Source: Priapulus caudatus (taxonomy: Eukaryota). Taken from it: a stretch of DNA of 51,384 nucleotides. Below, piece after piece: positions 13,301 to 24,611 of this stretch (position 1 is the first letter of the stretch; each line of letters opens with the position of its first letter). The position numbers were made by a program, and so were the translations under genes. The stretch covers positions 1,185,987-1,237,370 of the forward strand of contig NW_014577063.1 of assembly GCF_000485595.1 (NCBI RefSeq), written 5' to 3'. Below the pieces are notes generated by a model. The model was not told the DNA's origin and did no database searches. It saw nothing but the letters and a program-made list of their open reading frames with translations.

Positions 13301-14700
13301 GATTTTGATATTTGCAAATTTGTTCGACGAGGCGGACAAAATGAAAGACAGTGCCTTGATACGAGTGGGTTGATATAGCAAAGTTGCGTGCAAACTCGGT
13401 ATAACTGCTCAGGTAAATAGTAAACGTATAGCGGTGGTTCTAAATTCTTGACATTTTCAAAGTCATATTGACGAACCATATCCCAACGGTGATATTTGTT
13501 TGAGGCAGATGCAGATTCGTAGCGTCTAAATAAAAGTTTATTAGAACTTAATTTAAGTCCATCTCATCAAAAGAATATTTATTGGAAATATTTACTTTAG
13601 TTTCTTTCGCGCGATACAGTGCAATCGAAAGGCAGATTTAGAAATTTCATTTTTAATAGATTATTACATTACACAGGAACTAAATATACATTATGCTTCA
13701 CGGGGAAACTAATGCACTTCTTTTTCCATTAATCGAATTATGCGATAGGCATTGCTACGCTTGAATTTTTAATAAGATTATTATCAGGCTTTTGGGCTAG
13801 GCTGCAATGATCTCCATTGGGTTAAGATGACATTTATATTGAATATTAGGATATACATGGTTAGCATATACGAGACTTCAGTTCGAGCGCTCGGTCGGAT
13901 TCATTATGACCGTTGATGTGTTTGATGATTGCTTTAATGTTATTTGACTTCGGGGCGGTCAGTCGCGAGTGTTTCTTCGTTTCCCATTTCAATTTCCCAT
14001 CACCAAGTTTTCCCTGAGCAAAAACGACCGCAGGAAACCAGTCTAACCAGTACGTTGTTCCCGCATTCCCTAGATTTTATTGCAATTTAAATGTACTATG
14101 TTTTTGATATATTTCAAACAAAAGGTTCGCGACTGTTTTAAATGCCCTGCGGCTGCTGGCCTCCGCCGTTTCCTTCGGAAGATAGAATTATCTAATTTGT
14201 CTATGTGCGGATTCCCTAATGATATAGGATTGTTTCTTTCTCGCTTCATGACCAAGAATTTTGCCCATACTAATAATCTACCTATAATCAGTACTCGCGG
14301 TACCGGCGTTGCCGGGTGTAAATCGTGCGTTACTCAGTTGGTGACGTTGGTTAAAGGGGGAAAAATACCCCCAAAATCGACGTATTATTATGTATGCATC
14401 CTCAATGATCCTATTCATCCCATCCATTCCCATGCCTTCCATTCCAATACATCGCCACCGGAATTTCCATCCATCCCATCAATATTCCATCCCATCGCAT
14501 CCAGCCCTCCCATCTCAAATCGCCATCCATGCCATCCTACATTGCCATGCCATGCATGCCCTGCATGCTGCCATTCATCGCGTTCGCCTCCGCCCGCACC
14601 GCATCCCAATCCCTTCCATGCCATCCATGCATGCCAATTGTATGCCTGCATTGACATCCATCGCAATGCATCGATTGCATCCACCCCATCCCATCATCCA
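10310..14700 (+). repeat. Duplicated block A, copy 2 (indel-rich)
   Basis: Colinear with 1-4219 but ~150 bp longer between anchors (92-3884 vs 10441-14381), with frequent scattered single-base indels. Confidence 0.95.
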
Positions 14701-14861
14701 CATCCTCATCCAATCCAACAGTAAAAAATAATAAGAAATCAAAATAAAAGAACATTCAAATAAAAATTGAAATAAAAAATTTAAAACAATTAAACAAAAT
14801 TCAATACTAAGGAGGTAGGTAAAAGGAGAAAAAAGGAAAAAAAAAGGGGCGAAACAAGTTT

Positions 14862-14930
14862 CCAGCTGCGCGACTCGAACCGGAATTTCGAGTTATATGG
14901 AGACGGAGTGTTCTAGATTAGGGCCACATG
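14862..14930 (-). ncRNA. tRNA-derived (SINE-head-like) Pol III segment, degenerate
   Basis: Minus strand has A-box-like TGGCCCTAATCT and B-box GGTTCGAGTCG at tRNA-like spacing, followed by T-runs (A-runs at 14821-14845). No convincing cloverleaf. Confidence 0.55.
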
Positions 14931-15409
14931 TTGTCGTTACAGGTATACATCATGATTCCACGTACGGAAGCTGTTAATACTGTACGCACCGCATCTTTGG
15001 ATGAATGATTTTTATAATTTTTTAACTTTTTAATTTTTAAAAAAATAGTTTGTTTCAGCAGAACCACTCTCAGAGTGCATGGATTCTGAAAATATTTTAG
15101 TTTTCCTCTAGGTGACGGAGGAGTCTTCTAGTTCATGCGAGTTAGCGAACTAAAGTTCTGCTAAACAACTTTATATTACTAGCCAGCTAATACGCCGTAC
15201 AACACAAAATCTTGGTCGTTTAAATATAACTTCATGTAAGTGACACGTTTTGAAGTTAATATTAGTATAGAATGAAAAGAAACAAAAACAAAAAAAATTT
15301 TGGGATAAGAAAACAAAGAGACGAATTCTAGTTAAGTGAGCAGGGGAAAAGGTGCTGAAGTTGGTGGACACACTTGGTTGAAAGAAAATAACCGCAAATC
15401 TATTATCTT

Positions 15410-15463
15410 GCTATCTATCTAATCTATCTATCTATCTATCTATGTATCTAATCTATCTATCTA

Positions 15464-15560
<97 letters not shown>

Positions 15561-15800
15561 CGTATCTATCCATGCATGCATCCATCTATCCATCCATCCA
15601 GCCAGCCCCTCCATCCATCTATCCACCACATGTCATGCCATCCCATCCCATCTCATCCTATCCTATGCCACCCCATGCCACCCATCCCATCCCATCCCAT
15701 CGTCTTCTATCCCATCCCATCCCATCCCATCCTATGCCATCTCATGGGATCCGATCCGATCCCATCGCAGTCGATCCCATCCCATCCCATCTAATCCCAA
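15410..15800. repeat. (ATCT)n followed by (CCATC)n satellite inside the Helitron
   Basis: Directly visible. Confidence 0.97.
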
Positions 15801-16215
15801 ACAATAAAAAATAATATAAATAATACAAAGAACATGAAAATAATAATAAATAATAATAGTAGTAAATAATAATAATAGTAAACAAAATAGTAATTTTTTA
15901 CAATTTTTAACTTTTTAATTTTTAATGAATGTAGTAAAATTCATTTTTTACATTTTGAAATTAACGCTAAAGTGGCAGAAGTAGATACTAAAGAGTAAAA
16001 AAGTAAAGGAGGACTACGCTACGGCGGCGGGAAAGACACGCGAAATAATTCCCACGTACGTAATGATTGAATTTGGACTTTTACAATTTTTTTTTTACTT
16101 TTTAACTTTTTTAAACCTTTGTTTCAGCCAGAACCATCTGCAAGACCTGGTGATTCTAAATATATCTTCAGTTAGCGCGATTGAGTGAGAAATCACGGAG
16201 AAAAGCAAGGTCAAA

Positions 16216-16260
<45 letters not shown>

Positions 16261-17919
16261 ACACACAAGATTAGCCTCATTATAGTATAGATAGATAAGC
16301 CACTTGGACGTTCCTTGCTATTTGCACGTACAGCGCATTTATACAGGCTGAGTGACGAGAAATGCTCGTAAGGCCATGGGTATTTACGCAGGATCTACTT
16401 CTCAACTTGTCGAAAGATGTGAACCACCTGCTTCTTTTAATACCTGAGGCCCTACTCGTTTATGACGAAGGACTATATCTGGCATCGAATGCTGAAGAAT
16501 ATATGTCGAGTAGACACGTGGAAAGACACTGAACAGGATACTGCATAATAAAACTTGCGGTTGCCCGTAGGACGTCGTACCATTGCTTGTGCGCGTATAT
16601 TTTACGCGGCGAGGTTTCGATATATATATCAAAAATTGATCAGTCGAGTTTAGTAGCCACAAGGCAGATTCGGTTACCGTGATGAAACATCCGTTAACAT
16701 GTGTCCCAAAACTATAAATATTATGACGGTGTTTGCACTGCCAACCACACCAGCATTCAATTGGGATTTAATCCTGATTTGTTGCTACGCGAACAAGTTC
16801 TTCCAGCCACGTCATCCCGGACATAGTAACAGTTTGATCCCAGACCCACAAACGCATGAGGGGACTTGAACCCGTTCATGAGACAAATCAGTTACAAATA
16901 TGCATAAACTGTATTTATACTTGTATTCAAGTTTGCATGCTTCGAATGTGATAAGCAATGTATGGATGTTTTCGTATATAGATCTAAATAAAGAGTTCTA
17001 TTTCGATTAAGGATTGCATGTGCCTGTGTGCATGCATTGTATGTTTTTATTTTCTTACCACGGTTTTATGCTGTCTGAATGCGGACTGCATGCATAATTA
17101 TAGACATTGACGTTGTTTTATTTCGATATAGTTATGTAAGAAACGTGTAATTCTCTAAGATCCCTCACTAAGATACACCATATCGGTATATCATATAAAA
17201 CGAATGATTTTGCTATATATATAGTTAGCGTAACTTGTAAAGTTTGCAAGTTATCACGTCACCTTTGTTTCATGCATCACATGGGAGGATGGTGCTGCTT
17301 GCTACAAAATTGCTACCAGAGCCTACCTAATTCAAATAAATCAAAGATTTTCTTTTGACGTTCGGTTAGATACCGGGAAAAACGACCGTGCAAATTTTCG
17401 TCGCGCCGGTGTTACAAGGCACGTTCGCATTGCGGTTACATAACCCGGGTCATGGTCAGAGCGCACCTTTCGGTTATAAAGCAGCTGCGAACACACTAGT
17501 TTTCATGGGTAGCCGATTGTGTACTTTAGAAAACTTGGTAATTTTTGATGTCACTTGAAATTGAAGCGGGCTAGGCGGACACTTCGTCAGTGTCGGAAGC
17601 TATTTACATAGACAAGAAAAGCCGGAAAAGCCAATAGTGCGCGCGCGTTTGATATTCAAAAAGTAGCACAGTCCACCGGGCTGTTTTGAGACACGACGTT
17701 GTCTTTTTAGGAAATACGCTTTTCTTTATTTAAGCCAATTTCGTTTCCTTTACGCTATCGTGTAGGTATAAGAACATAACCCGCGTGCATGCACCATATT
17801 TAGATGGGAACGTGCGTGCAGCATGGTGCGTCAACAAAATAATCCATATGATCTCGCTGAATAGCACTTCATTAGCTAGTGCTGATGCGAATGTATATAA
17901 ACGGTTAGACGAATGAAAC

Positions 17920-18090
17920 GAATTGCGGTCGAGAAAACGCTAGTTGCGGTTCGGTTGCTACGCTCACCTCATTATAGAAATACGTCTAACTAGTATCTGA
18001 AATGAATTGCGGTCGAGAAAACGCTAGTTGCGGTTCAGCTGCTACGCTCATCGCATTGCCACAGAAATACATAGAAATACGTTTAACTAG
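17920..18090 (+). repeat. 84-bp-period direct duplication GAATTGCGGTCGAGAAAACGCTAGTTGCGGTTC...
   Basis: Copies start at 17920 and 18004; both carry ATAGAAATACGTYTAACTAGT. Confidence 0.92.
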
Positions 18091-18101
18091 TTATTTCTAT
18101 G
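18060..18101. mobile_element. 42-bp P-like micro-element/footprint with perfect 8-bp TSD
   Basis: CACAGAAATA-CATAGAAATA...ACTAGT-TATTTCTATG flanked by CGCATTGC at 18052-18059 and 18102-18109. Confidence 0.8.
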
Positions 18102-18218
18102 CGCATTGCCATGTATTACCAACGCAGTTGAATGTTTTCCTACAGTTGTATTGCCGTAGTCGAAATTGTTGTACAGACTAACAGACGCTGCGATACTATC
18201 ATGTGCCAGCTGGCCTTT

Positions 18219-18402
18219 GGTTAGGGTTAGGGTTAGGGTTAGGGTTAGAGTTAGGGTTAGGGTTAGGGTTAGGGTTAAGGTTAGGGTTAGGGTTAGGGTT
18301 AGAGTTAGGATTAGGGTTAGGGTTAGGGTTAGGGTTAGAGTTAGGGTTAGGGTTAGGGTTAGGATTAAGGTTAGGGTTAGGGTTAGGGTTAGGGTTAGGG
18401 TT
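18219..18402 (+). repeat. Interstitial telomeric repeat (TTAGGG)30 with variant units
   Basis: 30 in-phase hexamers at 18221-18400 with variants TTAGAG, TTAAGG and TTAGGA; further degenerate units at ~18490-18522. Confidence 0.98.
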
Positions 18403-18684
18403 TTTGCATCATGATATCTGTTCCCACAACCATAGATTAATTTTTGTGGATGACACCCCCATATATATAGATATCCGATATAGAGATATTTAGTGTTAGG
18501 GTTAGTGTTGGAGTTAGGGTTATTGTTACTGTTAAGTTTTGAAGTATACGTCAACTGTATCACGTGACTGTCCCTCCACGCCCGGGGGATAGCAACACCC
18601 TTGTTGAGCACCCCCTTTGGTTGTTAGCAACCCCTTTGTTGAGTCCCACTAACGGGAAGGGACGTCACTCCGCCCTCCCCCCCC

Positions 18685-19153
18685 AATATCCGTAGCCATC
18701 TCGGCCACCGCGATTTGTTCTCGCAAATAAATTTGGAATGAAAATGAATTTGAAATGAAAATGGATTTAGAATGAAAATAAATTTGGAATGAAAATGAAT
18801 TTGAAATGAAAATGAATTTGGAATGGGAATGAAAATAAACTTGGAATGAAAATGAATTTGAAATAAAAATGAATTTGGAATGAAAATGAATTTGGAACGA
18901 AAATGAATTTGAAATGAAAAGAATGTGGAATGAAAATGAATTTGAAATATATATGAATTTGAAATAAAAATGAATTTGAAATGAAAATGAATTTGAAATA
19001 AAAATGAATTTGAAATGAAAATGAATTTGGAATAAAAATGAATTTGGAATAAAAATGAATTTGAAATGAAAATGAATTTGAAATAAAAATGAATTTGAAA
19101 TGAAAATGAATTAAAAATATATAATAAAAATATCCGTAGCCATCTCGGCCACC
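18685..19153. repeat. 17-bp AT-rich minisatellite (G(A/G)AAT(G/A)AAAATGAATTT)n bracketed by perfect 25-bp direct repeats
   Basis: AATATCCGTAGCCATCTCGGCCACC at 18685-18709 and 19129-19153; array ~18727-19112. Confidence 0.95.
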
Positions 19154-19458
19154 ATACTCTAAAGATGTTTAAAAAATGCATTATTATTGCAAAGTCGTGG
19201 AAACATTTCTTGTGCTTTATACGAAATAATAAATCGTGCATAATTAAGGCAACATTAATACTTAGTCGCAGTTTTGACCACTAATTGGGCGTAAAGCATA
19301 ATATGGCAAAGCACACTCGGGAAAATGGCATCAGGCCGTATTGATCGCTGTACATGTGTACGTTCCTGCACTTCGTCAGCAAGAATGTCGTTCTTATATA
19401 ATTATGATAGATGGTAGGCGAGTGATCGGAGATTTTTTACCGGGTTTATATACATTTA

Positions 19459-19544
19459 CAGTCAAACGAGTTTAAACGACAAACGACCTTACAGATAGGT
19501 TGCAGGCCATTAGATAGAGGTGGCCGTTAGCACAGGGTTGACTG
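19459..19544. mobile_element. Tc1/mariner (pogo/Tc2-type) MITE remnant, 86 bp
   Basis: TA|CAGTCAAAC...GAGGTGGCCGTTAGCACAGGGTTGACTG|TA: CAGTCAA inverted termini with a TA duplication at 19457-58 and 19545-46. Confidence 0.75.
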
Positions 19545-20148
19545 TATATGCGCGAGAATACCACAAAATGTAGAATACCAATGCTTATGATAACGTTGAA
19601 AGACATCGCTTGTGAACTGCAGAGAGAGAGAGCTGCGATTTGATGTACGGTTGGGACTAAATTTTAATACCAGTCGATTTCATTTATAGTAGATAATTGG
19701 TATCGCAACATTTGAAATGCATTCTTATGGACCTTGAGCGTTCGGCGGGCCTTTGTTTGGGTGATTGATTTTATATATGCTAGCTTTTAGAGAAATTATG
19801 AACACAGTAGCTTGGAATAGTATTGATTTGTTTTTAATAAAATGTTATCCAAGTACTGCTTTAACCGACTATCGCCGTGTTTTCATTCGTCTATATATAT
19901 ATTTATATATATTTTCTAATAACTTTATATTACGTTCCTTCTCACTGTAAAACAGTGTGTGGCATTATGCTCGAAATGCTAGCGGCTAGAACATTACTGA
20001 TTCTACTTTGGCTAAATAATAAAACGGAAATTTTTTCGTTTGGTCGTTCGACATTCTTGTTTCTCATCGTTGAAAGCGTTTTCTGTGCCTTTTCTGTCTC
20101 TCGCCCACACACGAGAATTGATTCACTAGAACGAGCGTAGGTGCGGCA

Positions 20149-20221
<73 letters not shown>

Positions 20222-23161
20222 CGTGCGTGCGTGCGTGCGTGCGTGTGTGTTTTACTTCTCTTCCAGCCACAACCTCGCGTGCATCACGCGCATGCGCATC
20301 CGACCACGCTCTCCACAGCTTGCGGAATAGCAATATTAATTTCTCATTTGTTTGCGAAAGATGTTGCTTTCGAGCCCAATGATTACAGCAACTGTCTCGC
20401 GAGATCTCGCAAACATGCACAGGGTGTCGATTAGACCCCACTCGCTATCGCTGCTGGATCATGATCAGTCTGCTGTCGACGAAGTCTGAATCGTCGTTAG
20501 TCCGAGCTAGGTCATACTATAAGTATGGTATAAGTAGGCAATCTGTTGATATGCTAAAACTCGGCACGCCACTTGAAGTGACAGCAAGAGCACGAATCTA
20601 TTCATATAGCGACTCAAGTGAGCAATTGGAAATACCGCGGTATAGCTGAAAGTGGTCAATTGAATGACCCCTGAAATGAGCGAACGAACGTTATATGCCC
20701 CCTCAAATACATTTTCCATACGATGCCATGTCGCTACTTGTCAGCAAATATTTCGAGTCAGATGTATCACTTTATGTGATATTATTGTCTGGTAGCAACT
20801 AGGAGTGACAATGTGGAATTGGTTTCGGTATCCGGGCGTAGAGAAAGTGGTCGATACGTGTTTCTCTGAGTACAACGGACCTACTATAGACGACCTCCCG
20901 TGAAACAAAGACATACACGTCCATGAGAATAGCCGAGATACAGAGATGCCTGTATCGTAAATGTGACGCATGTAAGAATGTGATATATAAAGAGAACCTG
21001 TCTTCCCGTATGACGCATACTGATACGCACCAAAAGAAAGACATTTATGTCGTATTCGACATATAGCTGTGGTAAAGAATCGATAAATTCGTCGTGGATT
21101 TTTGCGATCGCCGAGTCTATAGTCGCAAATCTATGTGTATATAGGCACACGAAATGACTGCGATGGCGATTAGAGCGTTTGTGTGATTGTATTGAACTGA
21201 CAACGACTACCTGCAATAAAATGTAAAAAGCAATATCGCAGCGTAGTTACGCGGCGGCAGTCAGTGTCAATGCACTGATCGATGACTATAATTATTTTAG
21301 CGCTCGAGATCTAGAGTAAATTCCAGGGTATCGAGAATCGTTTAGCAATCCGAGTCGGTAAACGTTAGTCGCAATCTACCTAACTGTTGTCGTCAGGTGG
21401 CACGGTCAAGACACGATCATCGGTCAAGTCATCGGTCAAGCGACCGAGTAACGCGACACTCGTAACGACGCGTAAAAGCGCTTCGTGTCACATCGGAGTC
21501 GTCATAAATATTGCTCAGGCTGCGCGGGGGCTATAAATTCAAAGAAATGCACGAGAAGTTATCTCGCAATAATTGCATTTCGATCGGCGTTATTGCTGCA
21601 CAAGTGGGCGTATAGCGGAAACCTGTGCGTAGAAAAGCACCAACGGATTCGTTTTCATCGCTCATATATATTTTCACAGCTGAGATGATTCCGGGCAGCA
21701 TGGCCGGCGTGCTAATATTTAAGTATGCGTAATTATTTCCGCGTCTGTTTTTAAATCGCCATGTTTCGCAAACGACGGAGGCGTCGAGAAAAAAGGGTTA
21801 GTAAAATGTGGATGAAATCACGCGTGACGAGCGAGCCATAAGTACATTTTTGAGGAAGTTGTGGGTTGACTTGCATTGACAAACTCAGCGGCGTCGCCGC
21901 CAGGATGTTGTCACCATGGTCAGCCTTATTCTATGCCGTCAGTCCATAATTTTCTCCTCTATCCATGACCAATATAGACCTATTCGTCCGCTAACATATA
22001 TAGCTTATGGCGACCAGAGAGTTACTTCCACATTATATATTACATGTTATAGAAGTATCCTTGCCTTGTTTACTTATCACGAAACTATATATAGCGTTAC
22101 GTATATATATCGCGTCCTTCATCTAACGCACATCCGGCATCTTACATTATATCACACATTTTCAAAAATCGCTTGAGAGCCGAATCCCCAAAATCGCCGC
22201 TGCACATTGCGAAATTTGAACGGCAAGAGACGCGGTGAACGTCACTCAATGCGTTCAACGTCCGTTTCCACGAATCGAGTGTTCACCGTGCCACCGGAGA
22301 CGGAGCGGTTCTCACCAACAATGGATGCGGTATATTAAACACGCTGCCTTGCCATCGAGTTAGTGTAATAATGATGAATGTTCTCGTCCACATAACCACA
22401 ATATATATATATATATATATATGTATGCAACTATCGTCAATCTCAACTTCATATTGCCAGATGATATTGTGTTTGAAATTGTAATTTTTACGCTTGCTGT
22501 GTAATAAACCTGCCATCTCGCTATCTGCGTTTCTAAGTATAACGTGACTATCCATCATATCAAGAGCTAATAATACCATAGGTATTATTAGCTCTTGATC
22601 ATATACACACAATCCTACCTCTAGACAGGATCGTTATCACTTGCATGCAATAAGCTGTTCGCTTGGTACAAGCCGCACGCCATGATGTTACAACGCATAT
22701 TACCTGATGCTTTATACAACACTGCTCTTATAGCATATTTCTTTGTATACATGACTCACAGCGGCTCATGATACCCAGAGTGAGACTGAAATCGACAAAG
22801 TGCAGAAGCTGAATAGCGAATAGAATGTATATGCTATTGTCATACGCGAGTGCGTTGTGAATGCGGCTCCGTGTTAACAGGGGCAGTACGGGCCTGGGTA
22901 TACGCACGGTTAGCGACCATAATCTCTAAGCTAATCTAAGCAAACGGTGAAGCCAAGCATGGCTGCTTGAGTGCACGCGCCTCGACCACGTACACATACA
23001 CGTACACATGCACGTACACATACACGTACACATGCACGTACACGTGCACGACGTACACATACACGCACACATACACGCACACATACACATACACGTAACA
23101 TGCGTGTGTCTAGGAAAGATTATGTAGAAGTGAATGAGACACAGGTGTCGACGTCTGTGAC

Positions 23162-23239
23162 CATAGAAATATATAATAGAGACACTAGTATATAACTAGT
23201 CTAACTAGTAACACTAGTCAAACTAATATTATTTCTATG
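23162..23239. mobile_element. 78-bp P-like micro-element with degenerate 8-bp TSD
   Basis: Perfect 10-bp TIR CATAGAAATA/TATTTCTATG; four internal ACTAGT; flanks TCTGTGAC / TTTGTAAC (6/8, both differences are transitions). Confidence 0.8.
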
Positions 23240-23499
23240 TTTGTAACAGGTTTTACGATGTTATCGGAATTGTGTCTATGCTGTGCTGCGGTAGTAACGC
23301 ATTCGATTCAGCAGACACCGGATCTAGCAAAAAATGGTCATTCGGTCGTTCGGCGGTCAACGCAAAGTGAACAGTCTAGACAGTCGACAGGATCGTTGCA
23401 AATGTAGTTTTCTCAGTATATTTTGTATGCACTGGACGTAGGCGAGAATGTACATCAAGACGTCTCCATAGCCGCACGTCACCGCGCTGAACAATAACC

Positions 23500-23775
23500 C
23501 TGGTTATATCAGGAGTAAATAATCACAAATTGTGATTACATTAGGATTAATTGTGATTATATCAGGAGTAATTGCGATTTTATTAAGATTAATTGTGATT
23601 ATATCAGGAGTAATTGTGATTTTATTAAGATTAATTGTGGTCACATTAGGAATATATAATCACATAAATTATTGTGGTTATATATCAGGAGCAATTTTGA
23701 CTATATCAGGATTAATTGTGGGTATATCACGAGTAAATAATCAAAATTTTTTGATTATTTACTGCTGGTTATAAT
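23500..23775. repeat. ~21-bp minisatellite (TTATATCAGGAGTAATTGTGA-like), partly alternating as a 42-bp dimer
   Basis: Directly visible; explains the LIVIISG pseudo-ORF. Confidence 0.9.
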
Positions 23776-23853
23776 ATGCGTCTACGCGCACGCATATACA
23801 AACGGTATATATACAGATCTCGAGAGTTCTCGATCTCTTGTATCGATTCTCAT

Positions 23854-24067
23854 TCGAATGACGCGTGTATATGCAACGGCGACTTATCGTTCAGCGTATC
23901 GATGATCTAACGTCCAGCAATTGACCTCATAGTGACCTCTCGCACACTTCGCTCGAATGATGCGTGGATGTGTAACGGCGACAGCGGTGACGTAACGATG
24001 AACTAACCACGTAACGATGACGTAACGTCCAGCAACCGACCACGTATAGTGACCTCTCGCACACTTG
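23854..24067 (+). repeat. Imperfect ~100-120-bp direct duplication
   Basis: TCGAATGAYGCGTG...AACGGCGAC, TAACGTCCAGCAA and ATAGTGACCTCTCGCACACTT each occur twice, in the same order. Confidence 0.85.
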
Positions 24068-24095
24068 ACTGCCGGCGTTTAGTACTTTGTCTTAC

Positions 24096-24128
<33 letters not shown>

Positions 24129-24447
24129 CGTACTTAGTACTTACAGTCCGCGTATTCATGTGCCCACGAGCGCGCTTGAGCTCTTACACACTTCTTACAA
24201 TTACATGACCGCTATATATATATATGCGCATTCACGTGTGTCATCGTGATGAAAGTGCTTGAAATCGCAGCGAGACGCCGCGCAAGCATGTTAAACGAGC
24301 AAAACGAAAGCGATCAGCATAATTGTTCATCGGGGACGCCTAATCTAAACGCAGCATGCTTGCGGAACTCCTGATGGAATTATGCTCTGCAGAAGAAGAT
24401 AAATGTCCAAGAACAGAAAGACCGCTGTAGCAAAGAGCCAGTACGTT

Positions 24448-24611
24448 ACGCCTATCGTATATCATGCACGCCTGCCGTATATCATGTACGCCTGTCGTGT
24501 ATTGTATACGCGTCTATCGTATATTATGTACGGCTATCGTATATTATGTACGGCTAGCATATATTATGTACGTCTATCGTATATTATGCATGCCTAGCGT
24601 ATATTGCATAC
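24448..24611. repeat. 20-bp minisatellite (ACGCCTATCGTATATTATGT-like) x~8
   Basis: Directly visible. Confidence 0.92.

Larger units (their letters stand above)
14294..16291 (-). mobile_element. Non-autonomous Helitron, ~2.0 kb, with two internal satellite-bearing modules
   Basis: The 5' end on the minus strand reads A|TCTATACTATAATGAGGCTAATCTTGTGTGTC...(GT)n from 16291 (alternative TC at 16295). The 3' end at 14294-14316 is the noisy copy of the hairpin+CTAG at 3795-3822. No Rep/helicase ORF. Confidence 0.7.

Noticed and set aside
16480..16535. CTGAAGA...GAAA as a possible hammerhead ribozyme core
   Set aside because: Stem II lacks the closing pair next to the core, and there is no correctly placed NUH or stem III.
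16390..16830. Possible exon after TTTACGCAG, with Cys-containing fragments (e.g. YKYYDGVC)
   Set aside because: All frames are interrupted by stops and no domain could be assigned.
16853..16876. B-box-like GGGTTCAAGTCCC on the minus strand
   Set aside because: No A-box at suitable spacing and no cloverleaf; at most a tiny SINE relic.
18087..19241. ORFs LTLTLT/VRVRVR/GLGLGL and FQIHF repeats
   Set aside because: Readouts of the TTAGGG array and the 17-bp minisatellite.
23500..24611. Regular 20-21-bp repeats as a possible CRISPR-like array
   Set aside because: Head-to-tail minisatellites with no unique spacers; eukaryotic context; no cas genes.
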